Source: Lama guanicoe (taxonomy: Eukaryota). From it: a stretch of 64,000 nt of DNA. The stretch is from positions 2,924,508-2,988,507 of the forward strand of contig MU053588.1 in NCBI GenBank assembly GCA_013239625.1, written 5' to 3'. The notes under the pieces are model-generated. The model was not told where the DNA came from. It did not search any database and saw only the letters and a program-made list of their open reading frames with translations. The position numbers and the translations under genes are program-made. Below, one piece after another: positions 53,389-64,000 of the stretch. How positions within the stretch are numbered: the first letter of the stretch is position 1; every line of letters starts with the position of its first letter.

Positions 53389-55255
53389 TCAACAACACCA
53401 GCCCCTTTAGCCGCTAGACCGGTGGCTCTGGCCTACCGGGGGACGGGACTCCGGCAGCAAACAAGGTGGCGCCACCCGACGGTGTTCTGGGTCTCTTTCA
53501 TGATGGCAACTCAGCCCTCCCAGGTGGATGGGCTACAACCAGAGCCAGACTGGGTGGAGGGATGGACAGACTCACCAGGTGGCCGCCTGGACAAGGTAGG
53601 AACCCCTGGGGAGAATTCAGGTTCTGTCCCAGTGGACAGAAGAGGAGGCGGATCCCCTCCTACAGGAAACAGGATATTGGGATTGGTGGGAGGACTGTTG
53701 TTAACCTCTGTGTGTGTGTGTGAGTGAGCGGCCTGTGAAGCACGTGATCAGGCTCGAGTTTGTAGCTCCACGGCATTCCGCTACGGAGTTCGGTTGAGTC
53801 CCAACCTGTGGTCCTGTGGAGACCACATATGGCTCAAGGCTGTATCAGTCCCTCAGGGTCCCGATCAGAGTCAGCGGCTTATACTGACCCACCAAAGCTA
53901 AGAGGCACCTTCATCCCCGTGAGGGGAGCGGCCAGGCGGACGCAGTGAAAACCCTCCCTTGTCTTGACTGCGACACCAGCACAGGGTGGCTATGCTGGGA
54001 GGGAAAGGGACATAAAACAGCCAATGAGTCAATGCCCCCTGTGCCCTCAGAGGCTAGGATGCTATTTCTTTGAGAAAGTCTCCTACCTGACTCTGTCACA
54101 GAACACCCGAGACTTATTGTTCCCCTACTGAACTGACCCAAGGAGTGCTCCTTTTGCCTAGCATCAGACCCCCAGGATTTGACTTTAGAAGATGAATTTC
54201 TTCAGGACTGGGCTCACCTGGCTTTGGAGGTCCCCTTTCTAGTCCATTTGTTTTGCCATCAGCCATCAGTCTCATGCCCTTGGGCTAGGATATAGAGAGG
54301 ATTTAGTGAGGAAGCCCCTGGAACTGGTTGAGGCCTTGAGCTCCAGAGACATCAGCTGTGACTGGAACCCAAGCTCCCTGACCAAATTAGCCTTCAAATG
54401 ACTCATAGAGCCAGCAAGAGAGTAGTCTTTCTGGGAACTCTGGTGTTTTGAAGAGTGAAGAAGGAAAAGATATAAAGTCTACCTTCCCAAACACCCAAAG
54501 CAACAGCTCTATTATCCTTAAACATCTAGACAGAATGGGAGGCTTGAAGCCGAAACCCACCATCCTAGACTGCATGATTAAGAATTTCATAAAGGGGTAT
54601 ACAGGAGACTATGGAGTTCGAATGACCCCTGGCAGGCTCCGCACTTTGTGTGAGCTTGAATGCCGACCTTTGGAGTCGGGTGGTCCTCAGGAGGAACTCT
54701 GGACCTAGCAGCAGTGCAAGCAGTCTATCAAATAATCACTGGAACCCCAGGCCACCCAGATCAATTCCCTTACACTGACTCCTGGCTGAATGTCGCCCAG
54801 TCTCTACCCCCATGGATTCGGTTCTGCTCAAATGGACCTGGACAATACAAGATATTAGCAGCTCAGCCAGTCCAGGCCAAAAAGACAGATAGAGAAAAGA
54901 TTATTTTCCAGGGAGACAGAAAAGATGAGATGTGCCTGCCCCCTCTATGCCCCAGGGCACTGACACCTCGCATCCCACTGGAGACACTGCCACCCTCTAT
55001 GTCACCACCTCTCCAGCCTGAGTACCCAGAGCAGAGCCCAGCCCCCAGCCTGAGCCGGTGGGAAGGAGACTCCACTCAGCACAAGCTGGGAGACCGGCAC
55101 CACTGGCCCTCCAAATGCCACTGCGGGAGACACAAGGGCCACAGCAAGTTGGAGAAGACAGGACTGTTCATCCCAGGCACCCCATACTCTGCTACCAACC
55201 CTTTAGTACTTCAGACCTTCTCAAGTGGTGCCATCATACTCCTTCCTACTCTGAA

Positions 55256-55467
55256 AAACCACAGGCATTTCAATCACATTATGGTCTAAACAGAATTAAG
55301 AAAAAGAGATTCCACAAGAATAGCAGATGAAGAGCTATTGGTGAACCGGTCAGAATTTTTGGCCGCCCTCCAAAGAAAAGGAGCAGAAAGTGTCGGAGCG
55401 GTCCACGGATGACATCAGGAGAGCCCCCAAGTGGTGACAGCGAGTGGATCAGCAGCCGCGGCCGCCT

Positions 55468-55501
<34 letters not shown>

Positions 55502-55708
55502 CCAGCACAGCCTCCACCTCGGCTGCTGCCGCCGCTGCCGCAATGGCATCTGTCGGGGAGCACCAGCCCCTGCCCAGTCCTGAAGCGATGCTGGGACAGT
55601 CATGGGGCTCTGTCATGAAGACATGCAAGTATTTGGTCTCTGTCAAGCCCATAATGATTTCTAGTTGGTGGTGTGTGACGACTGTAATCAGGCCGTCAAA
55701 CCGCAGGC
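55256..55708 (+). pseudogene. ATXN7: Captured circularly permuted ATXN7 fragment (copy D), retains the CAG tract
   Basis: KPQAFQSHY|G junction at 55283|55284; (CAG)10; ASTSAAAAAAMASVGE; ends CNQAVKPQA. Confidence 0.93.
55470..55499 (+). repeat. (CAG)10, homologous to the ATXN7 polyQ tract
   Basis: GCCGCGGCCGCC-TAG-(CAG)10 in the ATXN7 context. Confidence 0.9.
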
Positions 55709-57220
55709 TCTGATTGACCTCGTAGAGTCTGTCTTTCATTCTCACCGGCCCACCTGGGGTGTTTGCCAGCTGCTTCTGACTCTTTTCAATACAGAGGAAA
55801 AGAGACACATTCTCACTGAAGCATGAAAATGGCTGCAGGGCCGAGCCCCCAGGGACACACCGGATGTTGAGGGGTGGGCCATGACACGGGCCCCTGACCA
55901 GATTGGGACTTTCTCTTGGAGTCCTGAATCAGAATGTGGGGCCATGGCAGTGCCCTGAGGCCCATTTGTCTGAAAAACTGGACCCTGTGGCACAAGTTAT
56001 GGCCACCCTGTCTACAGGCCTTCGCTGCCACAGCCCCCTGGTCAACGAGGCAGACGAACTCACGCTGGGACAAACTTTAAATGTAAAAGTATCCCACTCA
56101 GTGGTGGCCCTGATGAATGACCCCAGTTACAAATGGATAACTAACACAAGGATTACCCACAACCAGGGCTCCTACGTAAAAATCTAAGAGTTCATCTAGA
56201 GACTGTGCGAATCTTAAACCCAGCCACATATTTACCCAAATGGGAAGGGCAGCCTGACCACAACTGTGAGGAAATCATCGAAGAAGTGTACGCAAGTAGG
56301 CCTGATCTAACCGACAAGCTCCTGCAAAACCCAGACCTGGAATTCTTCACAGACAGCAACAGTTATGTGCAGGATGGAAAACGGCCAGCAGGTTACACTG
56401 TAACAACAACCCAAGAGGTGAAAAAGGCAGAGTCCCTTCCCCCAGGATGGTCTGCTCAGAGAGCAGAGATTTGGGCACTGTTCCAGACACTAAGGGAAGG
56501 GAAAGGAAGATGAATCAATATATACACTGATTCCAAATATGCATTTGCAACCTTACATGTACATGGAGCCATTTATAAGAAGAGAAGACTCTTGACTGCT
56601 GGGGGGAAAAAATCAAAAACAAAGAAGAAATTTTACAGTTACTGGAGGCAGTATGAGATCCAAAGGAAGTAGCCATTATTCACTGTAAGGGACATCAAAA
56701 AGGAAATGACCCTGTGAGCCAGGGGAATAGGCTGGTTGATCAAAAGGCAAAAGAGGCAGCCGCCCGGGAACACCCAGTTATTAAAATTATGGCAGCACCA
56801 GAGATACCCACTATCCCAGAATATAGCCACGACAAAAACAAGTGGGCACAGGCCAAACAAGGGAAGAAAGAAAAGGATGGATGGTGGATCATGATGGATA
56901 GAAGGGTTGTCATTCCAAAATGACTAGCTTATCGCATAGTCCAACAACAACACAAAACCACACATATGGAAAAAATGACTTTGGAGGTCCTCTTAAAGCG
57001 ATATTTCCTGATTTCTTGTCTCCCTACTCTGTGTGCATCAGTCTCCCAACGCTGCTTGCTCTGTGCTCAAAACAATCCAAAACAAGGGCCCACTTGGCCA
57101 AAGGGAGTACAACGACGTGGATTGGCTCCCTTCAAAGATTTAGAAGTGGACTTTACTGAACTTGGGCTCAGTAAGGGATAAAAGTACCTGCTGGTTTTCG
57201 CCTGCACCTTCACAGGGTGG

Positions 57221-58045
57221 ATGGAAGCCTACCCCACCAGGACGGAGAAAGCAAGGGAGGTAACAAAAGCTCTCCTCAGGGAGGTCATCCCTCGGTTTGG
57301 AATGCCCACCTCCATTGCATCTGACAGTGGACCCGCCTTCATGGCAGAGATTGTACAGCAAGTGGCAAAGACACTGAGCATCCGCTGGAACCTACCCACA
57401 GCATACCGGCCTCAAAGCTCAGGGAAGGTAGAAAGAATGAACAGAACTCTAAAACAAATGATAGCTAAAATGAGCCAAGAAACCCAGCTCCCCAGGGTGG
57501 ACATTTTACCCCTGGCTCTGTTGCAAATTAGATGCACCCCAAGATTTAACATTGGGTTCGCTCCCTTTGAAATCCTCTATGGGCAACCACCACCTTTAGT
57601 CAGGGTGGGAAATCCCACCCCAGAGATAGGAAATATAGGGCCCGACCAACAACCAGTGGGACTAGGACAAGTACTATGGGAAGTTTGGGGTTGGGTAATA
57701 GAGAAAACCCCCATTTTGTTAGGAGTCCAAGTGCATCCCCATAAACCAGGTGACCAAGTATGGGTGAAGGATTGGAAAAAGGAACCTCTCAAACCAACAT
57801 GGAAGGGACCATATTTAATGGTATTAACTACCCCTACATCTGTTAAAGTTGCAGGGATCATCCCTTGGATCCACCACTCCAGGGTTAAGAGAGTGACTTC
57901 ACCTCAGACAGAGGGTCCCTGGAGAATTGAGAGCATCCCAGGAGACCTGTTCAAGATAAAGATCAAGAGGGACCAGAAAAAGATCGACGAGCCCTGCTCT
58001 AGGCACACCTGGAAGCTAGCTAGTCAACACACGGCCAAAGTTTGA
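57221..58045 (+). pseudogene. pol: ERV integrase, C-terminal 274 codons open (N-terminal part broken by a stop at 57179-57181)
   Basis: SDSGPAF, YRPQSSGKVERMNRTLK, WKGPY, WIHHSRVK. Confidence 0.9.
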
Positions 58046-58256
58046 GGAAAGCTCAACAAAACTGTTAAATATATTCCTCTTGTGCTCCCTTGCCTCTTTC
58101 CTTGTTTGCTATACTAGCCTGTGTATTAGCAGTGGGGCTGGCCAGCACCACCCCTCCTGACTGGAATATAGGCCATAGGATCCTGATAGCTATTATATAC
58201 CTTGTTATAACTAGTGCCATCACTGCAGCATCATGTCTAAGATAACCATAAGGCTG

Positions 58257-59763
58257 ATGTTACTGACGCTAATGCCCTCACTCCCCTTGGCTTCACAATG
58301 CACCTGCACTGAACCAGGTGACATATCGTCCATGTACCGATGTGTATATTCAGCTTATACTTATCAACCAAGCTGATGCTATGACTCCGCTTCAGAGTGC
58401 ACATATCAGGGCAGATCCTACTGGACTGGCATGATTAAGGCTTATTATGTATCTGTCATCAAGTGCTATGGCACACCAGACAAGCTAGTGTGTTGGACCA
58501 AGCAAACACATTATGGGATGAGTGATGGAGGAGGAGTACAGGACCAGGCATGCTGACAAGTAGTCCAACAAGCAGTCCGGAGGCAACACCAAAAGTTATT
58601 ACCTACCTGGGAGCCAATAAAGCTTCTATCTTTAGCCGAGCCTCAGGATCTAGACCCACAAATAGATGAGCTGTTGGCTGCAGTCCATGGGATTCTCAAT
58701 CATTCCAATCCAGACATGGCTAAAGATTGCTGGTTATGCTTACATCCTGGCCCCATCCAGCACCTGGCTTTACCTTTGACAAACTTCACTAAGACTTTCA
58801 CTATGACTAATAGCGATGCTGCCTCTACCACTAGGAGTTCCAGGCTGAACTCCATACAGCTCACCTACAAGGCACCAGAATGTTATTTCAATAATGGAAC
58901 TAATCCTTTAGAGGGCAATCTAACTATAAAACAATGTATTAAAACCTCACACTATATGGGTCTAGGGTGCCAACCCACACAAGGATGCTGTTCTAATAAT
59001 GGTACTTATTTTGTGTGTGGCAAATTTGCCTACCAGTGCCTCCCGGCTGGTTGGGCAGAGTTATGTGCTTTAGCTTATCTCATTCCCTGAATGGACATTA
59101 TGCCTAATAATCAAAGTCTGCCTATCCCTGTCATAACTCACCAGCATCCATGAAGGATAAAATGACCCATACAACTGATCCCCTTGCTAGTGGGTCTCGG
59201 AGTGGCAACAGGGGTAGGCACAGGAATCGGTGGCAAAGCCTCATCCTCTTATTCCTATTATCAGCTTACAGGTGAGTTCAGCCAAGATCTCCAATGAATA
59301 GCAGAAACCCTGAGAGCTCTGCAAAATCAGATTTGACTCTCTAGCCAAGGTGGTCTTACAAAACAGGAGGGGTCTGGACCTACTGATGGCCAAAGAGAGG
59401 GGAATGTGCCTCTTCCTAAATGAAGAGTGCTGTTTTTATGCCAATCAATCAGGAATTGTCAGAGGGATGATTCAAGGGTTACAAGACAGAGTGGAAAAGA
59501 GGAAGCATATTTTAGGCAAGAGCCCAAAGACAGACCCCTGGAGCTGGATCTCCTGGCTGGCACCGTTCACAAGTCCCTTGCTCCTAATTTTTGTAGTTCT
59601 GCTGTTTAGGCCCTGTATCCTAAACTTCCTGACCCGCTTTGTCGGTGAGCAGATAGAGGTTATAAAACTCCAGATGTTAGCCTCCAATTATGAGCCCTTG
59701 CAACAGATAAGTGATGATGCTTACTCCAAGAAAGGTTGTGAAAGCATCAAGAGAGGGGAATGA
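58257..59763 (+). pseudogene. env: Gamma-type env pseudogene
   Basis: GMSDGGGVQD, CWLC, fusion peptide LIPLLVGLGV, LQNRRGLDLL, CX6CC; several stops. Confidence 0.9.
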
Positions 59764-60174
59764 GAAGGAAAAGCCGGGCTGGGCTAACAAGCTAACTCAT
59801 AAATCTAAGTGTAATAAGTGTCAGTTTACTGATCTCAGTTCTGCTGTGCTAACTCATAAATCTGAAGTTTAGTAAGTGTCAGTTTACTGGCTTAACAAGT
59901 TAATTTGTAAATCCAAGGTCAACAAGTGTCAGTAACACGATCTGTTTCTACAAGATAAGTTCCAGTGTACTGATTCCTTGCTTTTGCTGTTCACGCCTTA
60001 TTGGTTAATAGCCACATCCTTGTAATTAACCCTATAAAACCTCATGCACACGTCTTGAAGGTGCTCAGGGCTTCAAAGCAGAAGCCCTTCTGAGCCTGCT
60101 GACATAATAAATCTGAGTACTCCAACCCTCCAAGTGGTGCTTCATTTCTTGGCTGGCCTGTCGGTTCCGTAACA

Positions 60175-61105
60175 TAAGTACTTACTTAATTGGGAATTAA
60201 AGAAAATCTCGCCCTAAAAATAACTAAGCTGTGGCCCCTTTATTGTGTACACAGTTAAGTTAAAAAAAAAAGGTGGCCTGAGAAAAACAATTTTTTCAGA
60301 ATTCTGATCTTACAAAAACAAAAGCCTTCTAAAGGGAATTTGCACTTCTCTTCCTGCGCCTTTAAAGATGTGTTTTATCTTTCTCTTGGAATTTTGTGTG
60401 TGTGTGTGTTTTAAAAAACTTGATCTTTGCCATTGAAAAGGTACAAGTATGGTATACAAATGGCAGCCAAGCAAACAGATTGGGATTCTGAGCAATCCTT
60501 TGTACCAATTCTCAGGCATTTTGCCAACTTAACCTTTGTTGCATCAGCCTGAACCACAAAGGCCTTTACTTTTTTTGGAAGTAAACTTTTGAATATTATT
60601 TAGGCGGTACTCCCCACTCTCTTGTGGGAAAGCCTCTTCATCTTATTGGTTTGATATATATCTTCATTGATTATATACATTAAACCAATATATACCTTCT
60701 TCTTGATTGGCTTAATATGTAGCTCATTGATGGTCAGATGATAGATACTTTAAATTGAGAAACTTCTGAATTGGTAAAACTTTAGAGAGCTCTCATTATA
60801 AACAGCTGTTTAATTGGTATCTACTAAAAATTGAATTTAAGGGTGGAAAAAAATATATATCTAATGGTTAACCTAAGAACTCCTTTAGTTTAAAACAAGA
60901 AAAACCAGTTTGGAAAGTCTTATTTGTGTTCTTCCCTTCCCCTCAAAAGGTTTTAGAGGTGCTAATAAAAATATTAGAATAATTAATGTTAATTAGGTTG
61001 AGTAACACTGTAGAAAAAGTCTATAAAGATTTTTCTTAACAAGGTAAAACTAAGGGACTTATCCCAAATGGATAAACATTTTTCAGATGGTTATTTAAAA
61101 CACGA
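60175..61105 (+). mobile_element. ERV internal fragment
   Basis: Similar to 18235-19150. Confidence 0.6.
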
Positions 61106-61111
61106 TAAGTA

Positions 61112-64000
61112 GGGGGAACAGCCAAGATGGCAGAGTACAAGGACACTTCTAGCTCATCCTCTCCCACAAATACACCAAGACTGACCTCCATGGACCCACC
61201 CAGCCAATCAAAGAACCTGCTGAACTTTGACAGAACATCGCCTTCTTCAAAAGACAAAATACACCACAAATCTGGTAGGAGAAAAGGAAAAAAGAAAGAA
61301 GAAAAAGCAAAATAGTGCAGGACTGATCCCGTGGGAAGGGAGTGGCAAAGGAGGAATAGCACTCCATTGCTGGGTCTCCTCCTCTCCAATGGAGGTCAGC
61401 GGGACGGAGGGAGAACCTCCAAGGCTCAGATCTGTATGGAATAGCCCTTGACCATCAGAACTAAGATAAATGGGCACAAAGGGTCCCCATGACCCTCAGC
61501 CCTAGAGGCAAACCGGCAGGTGGGGGATGGGACAGGCTGCCCAAGCCAGGTGGAGGACTCAGGCCAGCTGTAGGGGCAACCACGGGGGATTGCAATGTGC
61601 TGTGCACCATTGCTGGGAGGGTATACAGAGCAAAATAACCTGGGTCTGCCATAAAACATGGGGAAAAAAAGCAAAGCAACACTGCTGATGTGCCCTGGGG
61701 GGAATGGTGCTGTAGCCTTTGTCTCCAAAGACCCGCGGAACCATTGCTGGTGTGTTCTCTGGAGAAGAGAGGCAGGACTTGACCACAGCCACCATATCCT
61801 CAGGTGTGCAGCGCCCATGCAGGGGTGGGGTCAAAACCTGAATCTGTACCAAGGGGCTCTGCAACCTCACAGATGGGACTGAGACTTGTTTATAGCCCCA
61901 GTCAGATAGGATGGTTCTGCCCCCTGCCTCTGTGAACTCTTGCCTCTAAGACAAACCAACGAGGAGTGGAGTTGTGGCACAGAGCAGGGGTGAAGTCTGG
62001 GTGGCCATTTTCTCCGAGACCACCTACGGAGCAAGGACCAAGATGGAGCGGGGAGCTGCACTGGGCAGGGGAGCAACCCACTGGCCTACCATGCATGAGT
62101 GCGGTGCCAGCATCAGGAGGGTGTGCAACCCACCTGCCTATGATGCACCAGCATGGTGCTGGACCATGGCATCAGAAGGGGGTGCACAGTCTCCATGGGA
62201 ACATAACCACTTTTCTCCTGTTCAATTTTCTTTTACTTACTTAATTTTTGCTTTTTAAAAGGTTTTTATGTTTCTATTTTTTAATCCCTTTTAAAACTCT
62301 TTTGAAATATTATTATTATATTTTTAATTTATCTCAGTTTCATTTTTATTTCTCTTTGTTTTGTTCTTCTGTTATCAATTATACTCTGCTTTCAAATCTT
62401 TTTTCTTCTTTTATAGTTTATTTTTTTAATTTCCCTAAATTTGATTTTTATTGTTCTTTGTTTTGATCTTGTTATTGATTATAATTTGTTTTCAATTTTT
62501 TTCTTCTTTTAAGGTTTTTAAAATACGTCTCAACTAGATTTTTACATTTCTTTGATTTGTTCTTCTCTTATTGATTATACTGTTTTCAAACCTATTTGTT
62601 CATACTGTTTTCAAACCTATTTGTTCTTCTCTTATTGATTATACTCTGTTTTCAAACCTTTTTTCTCTTTTAAATTTTTTTTCTAGTTTTATTTCTGCAA
62701 CTGGTTTAGATAAACAAACAAACAAACAAACAAACAACCTCCTTAAGGACCACAGTAGATAACTGATACTCCATAATCTATAGTGCCAGAGAGATGTGAG
62801 CAAAATGAAGAAGCAGAGGAACCACTCCCAATTAAAAGACCAAGAGAAATCCCCCGAAAGATCAATCAATGAAATAGACATTGATAGTCTACTAGATCAT
62901 GATTTCAAAAGAGGAGTGATCAAAGTACTGAAAGGACTAAAAGAGATTGTGTTTAGAGACAGAGAATATGTCAAAAAGAAAATTGAAACTACAAAAGAGG
63001 AGCCAATTAAAATTGGAAAACTCATTTGCTGAGATGAGAGCTGCGCTACAGAATGTTAAAAGTAGGCTAGATAACACAGAAAAATGAATAAGTGACTTAG
63101 AAGACAGGATAACAGAAATAACCCAATAAAAACAGCTGAGAGAAAAACAAGTAAAAACCAATGAAAATAATATAAGGGACCTATGGGATAATGTAAAGCA
63201 TGTCAACCTATGCATAATAGGGGTCCCAGAAGGAGAAGAAAGAGCAAAGGGGATTGAAAAGATATTTGAAAAAATCATGACCAAAAACGTCCCAAACCTA
63301 AAGAAGGAATCAGATATCCAAGTACAGGAAGAACAGAGAGTCCCAAACAAGAAGAACCCAAACAGACCCACACCAAGACATCATAATCAGGATGGCCTGG
63401 GTTAAGGCTAAAGAAATGATTCTAAAGACAACAAGAGAAAAACAAGAGTGAGTTACAAGGAAACCCCCCTAACACTTTCAGCTGATTTTCCTACACAAAC
63501 ACTACAGGCCAGAAGAGAGTGGCAAGACATTCAAAGTCCTGAATGGAAAACTATGCAACATAGGCTACTTTAACTAGCAAGGATATCCTTTAGAATAGAA
63601 GGAGAGACAAAGAACTTCACAGACAAACAAAAACTAAAAGAATATAGCAACACTAAACCTATGTTAAAAGAAATATTGAAAGGTCTACTCTAAATAGAAA
63701 AGAAGCAGGATGCTACAGAAAGAAGAAAACCATAATTGGAAAGGTGATAATTACCATGAATTACAACACAATAAAAATGAAATTGTAAAAGAAGACATCT
63801 AAATCATTAAGGGTGGCAGAGGGGAGCAAGAAAATATAGAGTTTTATTTCTTTTTTAATTGTTTGTTCTTGGTAGGATGGGTTTGAGACTATATTATTAT
63901 CTGTTTAAAACAAATAGTTATAGTAAAGTTTTAATATATGTACATAACAGGGTAACCACAAGCCAAAAACTTACAACAGAGATACAAAAACTTAAAAATA
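61112..64000 (+). mobile_element. LINE-1 5' portion: 5' UTR, decayed ORF1 (62796-~63692), inter-ORF; continues past the window
   Basis: GGGGGAACAGCCAAGATGGC start (YY1 motif); MSKMKKQRNHSQLKDQEKSPE; IRDLWDNVKHVNLCIIGVPEGEE. Confidence 0.95.

Larger units (their letters stand above)
53321..60174 (+). mobile_element. ERV copy D, the most complete: U5 remnant, PBS, gag with ATXN7 insert, RNase H/IN, decayed env, 3' LTR 59761-60174
   Basis: MA, RNase H, IN (57221-58045), SU motif CWLC, TM immunosuppressive domain, PPT. Confidence 0.95.

Noticed and set aside
55256..55708. Functional ATXN7 gene or ordinary L1-processed pseudogene
   Set aside because: No introns, no ATG, permuted order, no polyA tail or 3' part of the mRNA, and embedded at the same gag site in all copies.
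55409..55808. PolyAla, polySer and polyLeu ORFs as novel proteins
   Set aside because: Alternative frames of the CAG tract.
1..64000. CRISPR arrays, rRNA or tRNA genes
   Set aside because: None seen; the only tRNA similarity is the retroviral PBS.

Overview
Mammalian genomic DNA made almost entirely of retroelements and segmental duplications. It is possibly camelid, inferred only from the L1 ORF1 and 3'-end style and the absence of recognisable ruminant or pig SINEs. No intact known gene is present. Layout: a decayed class I ERV interrupted by an L1 (1.7-9.4 kb); a near-perfect tandem duplication of a ~10.27 kb unit (10.8-35.6 kb) with two nested internal duplications; a partly inverted paralog of that unit (42-47 kb, across an N gap); further nested ERVs and LTRs; and a 5' L1 at the end. 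Main finding: a defective gammaretrovirus-like ERV family (tRNA-Thr PBS; 4 copies, 3 distinct sequences) carries a spliced, circularly permuted piece of host ATXN7 inside gag. The insert starts at the 3' tail of the 'KPQAFQSHY' exon, joins an upstream 97-nt (probably UTR) segment, runs through the ATG/polyQ exon and returns to 'KPQA'. It is bounded by an 11-nt repeat shared by gag and ATXN7. This is what retroviral capture of a circular RNA with its back-splice junction would look like. Second finding: an unrecognised, fast-diverging family of ~102-aa ORFs (3 paralog types, 7 copies); types I and II sit in a terminal-exon context with splice acceptor, Kozak ATG and polyA signal. ATXN7 identity and exon borders come from recall of the human gene and need an alignment to confirm.
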